64,000 nt of DNA from the human T2T-CHM13v2.0 reference genome, Homo sapiens, in NCBI RefSeq assembly GCF_009914755.1, contig NC_060931.1; one strand, 5' to 3'. A program made the position numbers and the translations under genes. The notes beneath the pieces were generated by a model. That model was not told where the DNA came from, did no database searches, and saw only the letters and a program-made list of their open reading frames with translations. This document shows positions 1 through 13,017 of the stretch, in pieces; the stretch's first letter is position 1, and each line of letters starts with the position of its first letter.

Positions 1-180
1 ATGTATAGGTGTTAGGTATTCCTAACAATGTGCGTGCATAGGTCATCGGGCCTATCTCAATTTAGCCTGATAGTGTAAATACTAGTACTACTACTACCTA
101 GTGCTAGTACTAAGAGCTGATCCCAGATCTTAATTTTTCTTCATTTCTCCTCCAAATAATAGGCGGTTTATAAGTATTAT

Positions 181-227
181 GGAATGAATGCATGGATGGA
201 TGAAAGGATGACTGGATAGATGGATGG
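181..227 (+). repeat. Degenerate (GGAT/GAAT)n tetranucleotide repeat, probably an L2 3' tail
   Basis: ggaatgaatgcatggatggatgaaaggatgactggatagatggatgg. Confidence 0.7.
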
Positions 228-468
228 TCAGTCCCAGTGGTTGGGTCCGTTTGTGATTTGACCAAGTTCAAGGCTGTAGAATTGCTATGTGGAAAGAATG
301 CATATTATTTCAGCTATATCAAATAGCACCTAGGGACGGCCTGACTGACAGGGAACAAATTGTCAGCCCTCATTTGGATCCAAGTGGAAATTAATCTGAA
401 GAATTTGGAATGGGCCTATTCGTGGGAAATTGCTTATTTTTATAAGAGTTTATTTTCTGATTTGTGGC

Positions 469-847
469 TATATTCGTTGGCTAGGGCCACTGTAACAAAG
501 ACCAGGTGACTTAAACAATAGAAATGTATTTTCTCTCAGCTCTGGAGGCTAGAAGGCTGAGATCAAGGTGTTGAGAGGTTTGGTTTCTTCTGAGGCCAAT
601 CTCTTTGTCTTGCAGATGGCTACCTTGCTGTGTCCTTACATGGTCTTCCCTCTAGGTGCACATATCCGTGTTCAGATTTCCTCTTCCTTTAAAGACAGCC
701 GCCATACTGGATTAGAGCCCACCATAAAGACCTCATTTTAATTAATTACCTCTTTAAAGACCTTCTCTCCAAATACGGTTTCATTCTGAGGTACTGGGGG
801 TTAGGACTTCAACCTACAAATTTTGAGGATACCTCATTCACCTCTAC
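469..847 (-). mobile_element. MaLR solo LTR (MLT1B-like)
   Basis: Typical MLT1 blocks: 'gacttaaacaatagaaatgtattt', 'tctggaggctagaag', 'gatcaaggtgtt', 'cttgcagatggc', 'ccaaatacgg..attctgaggtactgggggttaggacttcaac'. Confidence 0.85.
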
Positions 848-2284
848 CCAACCCATCCCCTCTGCCTTTTCCTCTTGTTGTCTTTCTTCTGGCAGTTTTG
901 TTTCACTCAAGGGCAGTCAGGAAGAGAAGTAAAGATAGAGGAAAAGGAAATTTATTTTGGGTGCAGTTCAGGAGGTGTAGCTGGGGTTGGGGATGGGCAG
1001 TGGCTGAAGCTATTGGTGGAAATGAGATTTTGATATTGCCTATAGATTAGTATTGTCCTGGAACATTCTGTGCTGGTTTCCTGGACAGCCGATAGCTGGC
1101 TGTGTGTGTTGGAGGGCCCAGGGAATATCTGTTCTGTTAGTAAGTGAGGGGGAAATTGATAATCCTGCAGCCGGCCTGGAGAAGTAAGGACTCTATCTTT
1201 GTCTGTCAGCTCTTCCTCCCAGAAGTAGCTCAGAGACTTGCTGAGCACACCTAGGGTAGAGGCCAGGATAGTTGAGTTTTGGACGCTCTGCCTTGGCTAA
1301 CACCTTGCCTGGCATCTAGCAGATGCTTATGAAATGTTTGTCAAATTGAATTACTTAATTTACTTGACTCAAATATTTTGTTCTTCTCCAAACCTTTTAT
1401 GAGGAGTTTTTTCTCCACCTTTGTTTGTTAATTCCCAAACTTCTCTCCAGTTCTCAGTTGTGGCTTATGTCTTTTCTTTCCTTTCTCTTTGTAATTATCA
1501 GGTAATTTATTAAATGGAGACAAGCTTAACTAGACATTAAATAATTGCAGGTGTGCAGCTGAACTGAGCCGCTGTCCTTTAACTAGGAAATCACAGCTGC
1601 TTGTGTTGTATTGTGTGATGAGATTACACTTCACCTCATTTGGTTACACGATATCTTGCTTATTGTAAGGTAAAAGAATGTTGAAGCTTCTGCTCTAAGC
1701 AGTACACAAAGGCTGGTATGTTCCCAGGAAACCAACGTAAAAAGTACTTGGAGGTCAGGTCTGGAGCCTTTGCAACCTCTGATGCTTCTCTTTTCTTGGA
1801 ATTTTTCATTTCCTTTGCCTTTTTCTGTATAGAGAACACCTGAATTACTCCTTAACTTGAGACCTGTTTCACATTTTAAAATTTTCTTTTGGTCACCTTA
1901 ACTGTAAAAGCAAGATTTTTCTGTTTCCTTCTAAGAGATTAGCAGTGGGTCCATTGGTTAGCTCTTTTTTTGCTTTCATTATCAGACCTCATCTGCATAC
2001 TTTTTATACAAATTTGCCCCATTGGTAAGAATTGTAGCTTTTATGAATGTTAATTTTAGTCATAGGTTAAATTGTGATGTCACCAGTCTGTTTTCTTTGG
2101 CTAGTTTCATAGTTTGTGACTATTGCTAGAGGTAGACACTAGTTATATAGCAAGTACCTAGCTTATTACAGAACTCAGAGTATGCTGCTAATAAAGGATT
2201 GCTTGATTGCTTGAAGGGTATGCAGGTGTAAGAAATATTCATCTTTCAATTGGTGTCAAAATTTTTATTTAAAAAAAAAGTCAT

Positions 2285-2480
2285 GCTGCCACTTCCCAGC
2301 TTTGTAACTTTGGGCATGCCACTGAAATATCTTAATCATTAGATTTATCATCTAGGTAGTTGTGAGGGTTAAAGAAATTCAACAAATATTTGAATGAACT
2401 ATCTTTTGTGCCTTTCTGGATGCTAGGGATATATTTGTGAACAAAGCAGAATAAATTCCTATCCTTGCGGGATTAACATA
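2285..2480. mobile_element. MIR fragment (+) abutting an L2 3' fragment (-)
   Basis: 'gccacttcccagctttgtaactttgggca...gttgtgagggttaaa' then 'attcaacaaatatttgaatg...tgctagggatata..gtgaacaaa'. Confidence 0.55.
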
Positions 2481-5400
2481 TATGAATCTGGTTTTGACTG
2501 TCAACTGGATGGAGTCCAATTGGTGGGAGAACATGATACCTACCATTTATGAAAAACTCTTTAAACTGAAATATGTGCCTAATAACACTAACTTTCTTTA
2601 TTAGGGACATTTTAACCCCATTTGGGCTTTGCAGAGTAGGTCTTAGAGAAAGCCCTTCTCCATACTTGTTCGTTCAGTCGTGTATCATGTACAGCCATCC
2701 ATTTTATGGTTTTGGCTGTTGTAAATAAAATGGCTAGAGCCTGTGCATCTGGAGTTGTGGTGACTCTTAGTCTTGGGATGCGTGCCTCTTCCTCTCGGTC
2801 GTTGCTTTATAGGCTGTCTCTGAGGTTCCAGAAGGGGCTCAGAGAATGAGCTCCAACTGACATGTTTGAGCCTTTGAGTCTCTTCATGAAAGCTCAGTTT
2901 GTTCAAGTAAAATCTGAATGGCTCAGAGAGGACACTGTGGTGTTTAGCTTACCAAGCCCAGTGTGATATCACTGGTTTGTTAATATCTACAGAAACACAC
3001 ACAGGAAAAATATTCTAGAGCATCATATTGCTCACCTCCTCTAAATTCTTTTTTCATGGATGATCGAAAGAAAAACCTTTTTGAGTCTCTCTCTTCTTTT
3101 TTGTGAATGACTAATAGAAAGAAGACGACACTGGTAACTTTCAGAAGCATTGTGATAGCATTCTGATGGTGGGATTATGATGTTCAGACATGGGAGGGTA
3201 TTAGCAACCAAACATCATTTCCTTTAGGGGACTGGAGGTAGTGGTCATCTGTGAGTCTAGAGCTGTCTTCGAGGGAAGTGAGCAGTGGCTCTTCCAAGGA
3301 CACAGAGATGTCAGGCACCTCTCTCATGCATGCAAGTGCTACATATTATGTCCACAGTATCTGGAGTATTTAAACCAGGAATAACACGTAGTCTTTATTA
3401 TTGGAAGAAATAAATTAGGTCAGAGTTAGTATGCCATCGTGTGATGCCAGTTTGTATTCTTTATTTTCTGTACTTGCTTCTAGAGAGGGAGTAAATACTA
3501 TGAGATAATGAAGAAAGACATGTTTTTGTGACTTTTCTGATTTAGGACACTTTATGTTGTGGAGGTTTTTTGAAGGATTTGGAATTTGGTTGCTTATTGA
3601 GAACCTCTTGAGAAAATCAGATTATCTCTGATACACAACCAGTCCTACATTGAGTTTTTTCCATTTATTGCTGTAGAGACATGAACATTTATTTTTATTG
3701 AAGCTGAGAGAGGGGTGTTACATGGTTGTTTATCAGCTCTGCCAAAAGTAGCTCAGACATCCCTGATGACTCAGCTGATGCCCTTGCTGCCTGATTGGGT
3801 GCTTGTGTACTAAGTACTTGTTTCCTTGTTGAGGGCTAGGAATATGTCACAAAGCCCCATTGCTGTGGGGATTGTTGCAGTGAGCAGACTTAGCGGAACT
3901 GCACAAGGCTGGCTAGAGGCCAGGTTTAGACTACCTTGGAAGAATTGGCTTAAGGGCAGAGGAGAGGTTTAGAAAACTCCTTTCTTCCTCTTTGGTGGCA
4001 TTAATCTTTGCGAAACCAGGCTCAGACTCCTTTTGCACCTTTCCCAGGAATGGGGTAGCATAGATCTTCTTCCTATGTGAATCACAGAAAGGGACTTTGT
4101 GTGGGTGCTGTGTGTTCATTGTAAACCACTGGTGCTGCTATCTAGGTGGAGTTAAAGTTGATACCAGCAGAGTAAGTTAGCCTGAGCAGGAGGATGGAGT
4201 TCTGCAGTACAGCCGGAAATTTTCACTTCATAGTGTTTCTACTGTAACTTCTCACCCTGTGTTGAAAAAGGCACACCTGGCCATTCGCATAGTTTGGATA
4301 CGTTTTAACCCATAAGAGTGCTGTCCTTAAAGATGATGAAAAGAGACATTTTAGCTCCTTGGAAATAAGCACATTTCTGAAACCACCCGTCTGAGTGCAC
4401 ACTTGTGCAGATAAACAGGTACTTTTGTTTATGCTCTGACTCAAGTGGAAAGGGCAAAATAAGAGATTTTCCTTCTCCTGAGTCTTTTCACTGTGAGGAT
4501 TTTGTCCTTTAAATAAAATAAACCGGAACTGTAACCTTTATTATGGGAGGAGTGTGGAGGAGTTAGGAATGAGGCAAAATGCCCTCCCTGTTTCTCAGAT
4601 AACTCTTGCTACCGTCTGAGCAGTGTTTATTTAACAGATTTAATGCATTGCCTCAATAGCATCACACGAAACATGTCACCCCCCCTTTTTAGTTTCTTCC
4701 CTTCAAAAATTTTCTTAAAAATGCCAGAACCTTACCAAGTCACTTAAATAAATCAGTCCAAGTATGAAATGATCTCTGAAGTGACTTAACACAAATGATT
4801 CTGACTTTACTACTTGGGAGACTCTTTTTTGATGGCCAGCCCTCTAAATTGTAGGAAGATCATTTTCTAGCTCCCTATTGTCAAAAAACAAAGCAAAATC
4901 AAATTAAATAAGTCCCTTAATTCCCATAAGTAATTTTAAAATTATCTCTTGTATATACTTTACTTGTGTGCAGCTTGCAACTGAATATCATTGTGAGAGC
5001 TATAGTTTGTCAGGGTTTAGATCTTAATTAGCTCATGAGATTGCATCCTTTTGAAGCTGTATACCACAGGTTGTTGGCTAGTTTTCCAAAAGCAATTAAA
5101 ATGCCCACTGTTATAATTAAGCCTGTTACTAGTTGTATGTTCTAGTTATAAAATATATTTGGCAATTAAGGAAACTGAGATTGAGGCTTTTGGCTTGGCT
5201 CTTTGAGATGCAGTAGACTGGCTTCCACCTTGATCTGTTAGGATGACTGGTGCGGATGCCTGGATGATGGGACATGTCTTAGTCCTTGAGTACCTATCTT
5301 TATGAGTAAGAGCAACCACAGGTTTTTACAAGAAAGCTAAAGTTAGAGAATGTGACTCGTGTCCTCACATATGCCGATTATGTCCTACTTGGTATACAGG

Positions 5401-6769
5401 AGTCAAAACCTAAACTTCTAAGTTGCAGTCTCTTAGCTGAGAAGTCCTTTTTAAAGAAGCATTCCCTTATCTTTAAGAAGATGGCTCGACTCTGACTGTG
5501 AACATTTAATCTGTTAAACTAACACCTCCATTGCGCTGTTTAAATTTCTGTCTGGTTGTTGAAAAGAAGGTGTGGGAGAAATGTTGCAGGTACATGTGGT
5601 TAATGTCTGTTTCTGAACTGTATTTCATTTAGGAGTTGTTAAGCTGTGTGCCCACCATCTCAGAGACAGATTTGTCTGAACTGGCCTGTGGAGGAAGATC
5701 TCATTGTCAGGGCTGGTCTCAATGGCAGATACAGTTCTCAGTGGTGTGCTTTGCGTGTCGTGTCTTTTATTCTTCCTTTCCTCCTGCTCACCCTTAGGAA
5801 TGTTTCCTTTTTGTGCCTTAACACCAGAACGGTATGGTGGCTGAGACCATGGGACAAATGCGTCACTTAGTGGGCAGATAGAAATCAGTATTTAAAGTAT
5901 GATTGAGGTTTTTGTGTTTATTTTGAAATTCATTTAGTACACAGGGAAGAAAACAGCACTTGGCTTATGTGGTTCTATCCCATTGCTTTGCCTGTTTGTG
6001 CCCCCGTGCAATTAACATGAAAATGATAGTTTAAGAATGAGCTCATTAACATTTAGAACTGGGTAGGAACAGGGCTTCATAGGATGTTAAAATCAGAGAA
6101 AAAGAGAAAAGAGCAGGTGCTTTGTAAATACTATGTGGTTTTGAGAAATAGTAGAAAGTTGGGTCTTATTTTAAATTTCCTTTTTTCCAGAGTCCCTTTA
6201 AAGTTGTGATTAATGATATACATTATTTTCTTTATTGGGCAAAATATTAGAATTATTAGAGATACATTTTTCTTGGGAAAACCACTGTGGTTCTCTGGAC
6301 ATTTCTATGTTAACTGTGTCATATATTAGTATAGAATAAATTCACAGGCTTGTGGGTCTGAGGACATTTGCTTGTTTCCTTTAAATCAATTTATACAAGC
6401 ACTTCCTATGCTTCCTTCCTAACAAATTTTCCATAATTTATTTCTGGCCTCGTAAAAATAGAGGGAAAATAACCAATCAAATTATTAGCTCGATTCCTTA
6501 CATGAGTTCTTCAATTTTTCCTAGGTACCAAACAAAATAAAACCAGTCTTTGTAACAAAGATTATTGGTTCTGAGGAAATGACTATCCACAAAGTGTACA
6601 TTTGTGTGTAATATGTGGTATGCATTATGTGTGGTATTTTACAGTTAAAATACAACATAATTACCATAAAATAATGTATATGAAATGAGTTGTAACAATA
6701 AGATAAGATTGACTTTTAAAAATAAACAACCAAGAATAAACACAGCAGAATTCCTAATCAGCCTTACTC

Positions 6770-6985
6770 ATAGGTCAAATTTAGCTTTGATGTCCTTTCC
6801 TCCATAAGCCATATTTAGGCATCAATTCAGTATAATACTCCTTCTTTGTGCTCCCATATCGCACTTCATCCTTCCCTCATCATGGCACTTACTGTGCTGT
6901 GTTGCTTGTTTGGCTAATTCCTTCATTTGGCTATAAACTATTAGGATATGAGCAGACATGGTGCCTTTTTCACTTTGTCCTCTGA
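6770..6985 (+). mobile_element. L2 fragment
   Basis: 'ctccttctttgtgctcccatatcgcact...catggcactt..ctgtg...ctataaacta..aggatatgagcagac'. Confidence 0.55.
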
Positions 6986-7870
6986 ATTCTTTTTTTAAAA
7001 ATTGAAGTAAAATTGACATGTAATAAACCTTGGATATTTAGTATACAATGTGTTAAGTTTTAGCTTAGTGTTGTCCATGAAACCATCTCACAGTGAGGAT
7101 CATGAACACATTTCCCAAAGTTTCTTCACGCTCCTTTGGAATACTTACTTCTACTTCTCTTCTTTCCTTGTCTTGAGACAACCATTGACCTGGTTTCTAT
7201 CATTGTAGATTAATTGACACTTCCAACAATTACGTGTAAATGAATCTCATATAGTATGTACTGTTTTCTTTTCCTTGGCTTCTTTCACTTAGCATAATTA
7301 AGATTCATCTATGTTGTAGTGTATATTGATAATTTCCTTTTTATTGCTGAGTAGTATTCCATTGTATGGATACACCAAAGTTTGTTTATCTATTTTTAAA
7401 TTGCTGAGCATTTGAGTAATACCAGCTTTTTGCAGTTATAAATAAAGCTGCTATGAATACTAGAATACAAGTCTTCGTATGGGTATCTACTTTTGTTTCT
7501 CTTGGGTGATTATGTAGGGTGGAATGGCTGGGTAAATGGGCAGGTGTATGTTTAACTTTACATGAAACTGCCACAGTTTTCTCAAGTGTTAGTACCATTT
7601 TACATTCCCACTAGCAGTGTATGACAGTTCTAGTTCCTTCACATTTGTGCCAACACTTGATATGGTTGATATTGGTAAGATTTTAGCCATTCTAATAGGC
7701 ATGTAGTAAAATCTCGTTGTGGTTTACATTTTCCTTTCCCTACTGACTAGATGTTGAGCATCTTTTCATGCTTTTGCTGTCCATATATCTTCTTTTGAAA
7801 ACCATCTGTTCAAATCTTTTGCCCATGAAAAAAACCTTAGTTGTTTGTTTTCTTATTGAGTTTCAAGAGC

Positions 7871-8228
7871 TTTTGTTTGTTTTTATTGACACATGATTAT
7901 ATGTATTTACAGGGGACAGTGTGATGTTTCAATATATGTGTACATTATGTAAAAATTAAATCAGGGTATTTAGCATATCTACCACCTCATACATTTATCG
8001 TTTCTTTGTGACAACATTGAAAATTCTCTGATTTTGAATACTACAATATACAACCCATCTTTGGTATCAAATTTTGAAATATACAATCCAATATCATTAA
8101 CTATAGTTACCCTATAGTGCAAGAGAACACCAGAAATTATTCCTCCTATCTGTAATCTTGTACCTGTTGACCAATCTCTCTTATGTTCCCCTGCTTTCCC
8201 TTCCCAGCCTCAGTAACTACTATTCTGC
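7871..8228 (-). mobile_element. L1MA-type 3' end inserted into the older L1
   Basis: 'tatttacaggggacagtgtgatgtttcaatatatg..tacattatgt..taaatcagggtatttagcatatc'; flanked by the direct repeat tttcaagag (7861-7869 / 8229-8237). Confidence 0.8.
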
Positions 8229-8237
8229 TTTCAAGAG

Positions 8238-8537
8238 TTTTTTTTTTTTTTTTTGAGAGGGAGTGTCGCTCTTCTTGCCCAGGCTGGAGTGCAGTGGTGC
8301 AATCTCAGTTCACTGAAATCTCTGCCTCCCAGGTTAAAGAGATCCTCCTGTCTCAGCCTCCTGACTAGCTGGGATTACAGGTATGTGCCACCATGCCTGG
8401 CTCATTATTGTATTTTTAGTAGAGATGGGGTTTCATCACGTTGTGTAAGCTGGTCTCGAACTCCTGACCTCAGGTGATCCACATGCCTCGCCCTCCGAAA
8501 GTGCTGGGATTACAAGTGTGAACCACTGTGCCCGGCC
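8238..8537 (-). mobile_element. AluS (Sq/Sp-like), full length
   Basis: Poly-T, both arms, ends 'cccggcc'; aagagtt on both flanks. Confidence 0.95.
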
Positions 8538-8841
8538 TTAAGAGTTCTTTACGTGTTCTTAATTGAGGTGTTTTATTAAATGTATGATTTGCAGATAATA
8601 TTCTTCCAGCCTGTGGTTTGTATTTTCATTGACTTAACGGTGTCTTTTGAATAATAGAGGTTTTAAATTTTGATGAAGTCCCAATACCAGTTTGTTCTTT
8701 TATGGAGTATGCTTTTGGTCTCATAACTAAGAAATCTTTGCCAATTTAGGGTTACAAAGTTTCTTCTAGAAGTTTTGTCATGTTAAGTTTTACATTTAGG
8801 TCTATGATTCATTTTGAATTAATTTTTGTATATGGATTGAA

Positions 8842-9014
8842 TTTTTTTTTTTTGAGATGGGGTTTTGCTCTGTTACCAAGTCTGGAGTGTGCAGTGGTAT
8901 GATCACAGCTCACTGCAGCCTTGACCTCCTGGGTTCAAGTGATCCTCCCACATCATCCCCTCAAGCTGTAGCTGGGACTACAGGCATGCACCAACACACC
9001 CAGCTAATTGTGCA

Positions 9015-9071
<57 letters not shown>

Positions 9072-9182
9072 ACCAAGTCTCCCTATGTTGCCTGGGCTGG
9101 TCTCAAACTCCTAGGCTCAATCGATCCTCCTGCCTCAGCCTCCCGAAGTATTGAGATTACAGGTATGAGCCACTACACCCAG
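8842..9182 (-). mobile_element. AluJ whose middle linker is replaced by (TG)n
   Basis: 'gatcacagctcactgcagccttgacctcctggg' is J-type; both arms present. Confidence 0.93.
9009..9067. repeat. (TG)n microsatellite
   Basis: Directly visible. Confidence 0.98.
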
Positions 9183-10554
9183 TGTAAATTTTTTTTCCAT
9201 ATAGGTATCTAATTATGTCAGCATCATTTGTTGAAAAGACTGTCCTTTTCCATTGAATTGCCTTTCTGCCTTTGTCAAAAATTAGTTGTCTATATATGTG
9301 TGATCTATGTAAAAATTCCTTATTCTGTTCCATTGGTCAGTGTGTCTGTCCCTTCCCAAATACCCCACAGTTTTGATTACTGAAGCTTTATATTAAATCC
9401 TAAAATTGAACAGTGTGAGACTTTCAACTTTGCTGTTTTTCATCCTTCTTTTAACTCTTCTACTGGTTCCTTTACCTTTCCATAGAAATTTTAGAATCAG
9501 CTTTTCTGTATCCACAAAAATGTCCTTCTGGGATCCTGATTGAAATTAAATTAAATTTGTATACCAGTTTGGGGAGAATTGTTTATTGTGTTGAGTCTTC
9601 TAATTCACAGTCATTCTCCATTTATTTTGGTCTTTCTGTAAATTTTTTAGCAGTATTCTTGTAGTCAGTATTCAGCATACTTTATATATATATATATTAT
9701 GTTTACTCTTTTTATGTAACTTTAATTCAAAAGGTACAGAGACTCTCCCTTAGTGCTGTTCTTAAGACATGTTTATATGACATCTTTCCATTAGTATCTT
9801 TGGTCGTGTTCCTGCAGTATCCTCAGTTGTGCTCACCACTGCTTAACTCACCTTTGCAGCCAAGTTTCATTTTGAGTCAAATCTACCAGAGGAGGTCATT
9901 TACCACCTGAGAAATCCCTCACTTAGTTTTAACAGAAATAAATAACTTTAAAACAATTGATACAGCTCCTTCTTTGGCTTGTATAATTTTCTTCAGGCAT
10001 AAGTAAAAAAAAAAAAAAAAAAAGGAAAAAGTGATTTCAAACATGTTCAGAGTAACTGTAATCCAGCTGTGGTTGAAAGAAGAATTTTGAGTGGTTAAAG
10101 AGCTGACTGACCATGTTGGTGGCTCTTGAAACACTATCAGCTTTTCTTAACCAGAAGGCAATCAAGGACATACTTGAGGTCGGGAACAGATATTTCATAG
10201 GCCACTGGAGTGCTGCAGTGGAAGGATTCCCTCCAGATCCTTGGTTCACAGACAGGGAAGGTGAAGCCTGAGGAGACTTGGTTACTTGGTTTCCTTGGAG
10301 GATCATATGCTCAGTGAGCTCTTCCTGAAAACCAGCCCTGTTCCCATCAGAAACTGCAGAGACATAGTACTTCCCATTCAGCAGGTTACATGGAGTCAGC
10401 GTAGGCAGTCAAAATGGAGAGATGAAGGATTGGTGTTGGGTAATGAGAGCAAGGGATGGTCATAGAACTCAGAGATGATAATGTGACCAACAGGATCATT
10501 ATTCAAATTTCCCAAGAGGCACAAATGTAGATGATGATTGCTTTCATAAGCTAG

Positions 10555-10778
10555 TGGAGTTAATTTCTGTCAGACACTATTCTAAGTGATTTTGTATATG
10601 AACTCATTTAATTTTCTCAACAACCTTGTAAGGTATAGGTACCGTAATTATTTCATTTTGTGAATGAGCAGAAATTAAGCACAGAGGTGCCAGAGATCTT
10701 TTCTCATAGGTGATGAAGGTAGGAGAGGAACCCAGGCAGTCTGGCTATAGAGCACAGAGTCTTAACCACTACACTGTC
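10555..10778 (-). mobile_element. MIR
   Basis: 'aactcatttaattttctcaacaaccttg', 'gaacccaggcagtctggct..agagc', 'cttaaccactacact'. Confidence 0.8.
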
Positions 10779-10985
10779 TGGCTGATGGCAAAGAGCATGT
10801 CTATTAAGAAAGCCTATGGGGAAATGGTCGCCAAATCCTTCTCTAATTCTTGGGGACCCTGAGTTTCAGGGTTTTTTTTGGTTTTAGAAATAAGGGAAAC
10901 TCCTGTCAAATGATAAGATTGACATTTTTCATTTTTGAAGTTCTAAATGTAAAGCTCTTTGAAATGTATAGGTTTTCAGATACTC

Positions 10986-11038
10986 TGTGTGTCTGTGTGT
11001 GTGTGTTTGTGTGTGTGTGTCTGTGTGTGTGTGTGTGT
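10986..11038. repeat. Interrupted (TG)n microsatellite
   Basis: Directly visible. Confidence 0.97.
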
Positions 11039-11239
11039 ATAAGTTCAGCTCCTTTAAAAGCCCCATCTCTGTCACAATCACATTTTTTTTTCACACCGCA
11101 TTCCACCCTACTAATACTCAGAGCTTAGATTAGGGAGGTGACTAGGATACTGTTAATTAAAACTATATGACCTGATTAGACAAATTAAGAGAAATTTTCG
11201 ATAGGGAAAAGAAGCAGGACAAGGACTGAACTTCTGAGA

Positions 11240-11890
11240 GATAGTGAAAAATCAAGGTGTTTTTCTTATTCTCAGTCACTTCACATTTTACTTCTGACAC
11301 TAGATGTGTGGTGGATTTTCCCCACACACCAAGCAGTTCTCCAGAAGACATCAATTAATTAGCTGAACTTATTCAATTTAATTTTGACCCTATATACCAG
11401 GCATTCTGATACTGTCTACCTGGAGATAGTATCAGATCTCACAATCTCAGGGCTCAGTCCCACACAACTGCCCCCGACTTCAGACACCAATTGCAAGTTC
11501 CAGGTGATGTGTACTTCTGACCAACCAGCTATTAATCGGGGTTCTCATGACCCCCTCCTCAGGTTTGATTAATTTGCTGGAGTGACTCAGAGAACCCGGG
11601 GGGGAAAAATTTGCTTATGTTTGCCCACTTATTATTAAGAATATTACAAAGGATACAGATATGAACAGCCAAATGGAAGAGATGCGTAGGGCAAGATAGG
11701 AGAGAAGGGGAGTGAGTGGACTTCTATGCCTTCCGTGGACTTGTCACCCTTCTGGAAACTGCACGTGTTTAGCTCTTGCGAAGCTCATTTAAACCCTGTC
11801 CTTTTGGGTTTTTATGGAAAATTTATTACATAGGCAGGATCGATTACATCCTTAGCCATTAGTGACTGATTCAACTTTTAGCCTCCTCTC
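11240..11890 (-). mobile_element. MER21-family LTR
   Basis: 'tttgattaatttgctggag', 'atattacaaaggatacagat', 'gaagagatgcgtagggc', 'aaccctgtccttttgggtttttatgga' match the MER21 consensus as I recall it. Confidence 0.75.
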
Positions 11891-13017
11891 TTATTTGTTT
11901 TAAACGTTTGTTTCCAAAGTTTTTTTCTCCCCTTTGAGGAGGACAGATTCAGGCTTACATCAAAATGGAATTAAATGTGCCTTTGATTTGGAATGGGGCA
12001 ACAAGAGCCGCCTGCATGGCTGTGTATATTTATTTATATGGGGTCAGGTAAAAGCACTTTTAAAATAAGCAAGTATTAGAGATCAGAGGTTATGGAGCAG
12101 CTGCTGGCTCTGGCTGACAAAGCATTCCTGGTGGCATTTGCCACTAGCTCTCTGGGTGTGGGCATTAGAGAGTGTGAGAGTTGGCCTGATGGCCTTTGTG
12201 TTTGTGGCCCTGTGTGGAAACTTTATAGCATTTCAGCCGTTCTAATCTGTGCAGGCACAGAGCCACAGCTGACCATAACTCTTAGGGGAAATGAGGACAG
12301 AAAAGTTGAACAGCACTGTGTGCTGTGTAGAGTATGGAGACCAGAATGAAGGGTGCAGAATGAAAGGAAAAAAAATTTTTTTTGAAGTATCCTGCTTCAG
12401 GGTTTCTATTGTTTGGGAAACTATTCCTATAGAAATGACATTTGTGCTTTGTGAAGGGGGTGGAGGTAGATTTTCTGGAGTGTAATTTTCTGGAGTGTTT
12501 CCTTATTGAAGGGGGAAAACAAATGATTGGAAAGGCTCTTCCTCTGTTTCTCTCATGCATCCCTACACCCCCAATATATGCAGTGTCCTTGTTTTTGTTA
12601 AATACAGAAGCTATACAGAGGGCAGTTAGAGTTCATCCACCGTTTTACTCATTGGATGGGATTATTAAGAGATAAGACCATTTATTGCTTAGCATGAGAA
12701 TCTTACTGTCCCGGCCAGCAAAGGAGGCCAAAGATTTCATCTGAACTTTACCTCTTCAATTCAAGCCACCAAAGATTTATTGGGAGTCTACTATGTACCA
12801 GGCATAACATATGGCATATAAAGGCTAATTTTAACAATTATATTGCCGTTTATGTTGTTGGTTTGGATAGAAACCCTGTCTTCCACTAATCCTTACTTTT
12901 CCTATAATACAAAGATTATCATTGATGAAACATATTACAGATTATTATTTTAAGCTATTTAGCAAATATTAGACATTTTCTTAGAGAATGTTTGAGCATA
13001 TCAGAAATTGTGGTGGA

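Larger units (their letters stand above)
6988..9690 (-). mobile_element. Old L1M (L1MC/L1MD-like) 3' UTR and ORF2 end, interrupted by an L1MA and two Alus
   Basis: 'ttattgctgagtagtattccattgtatggatacaccaaagtttg', 'gtgtatgtttaactttacatgaaactgcc', 'cagcatcatttgttgaaaagactgtcc', 'aattttagaatcagctt'. Confidence 0.85.

Noticed and set aside
10-112. 7-bp hairpin (tgttagg/cctaaca) and tagtacta palindromes at the window start
   Set aside because: Short and low complexity; expected by chance.
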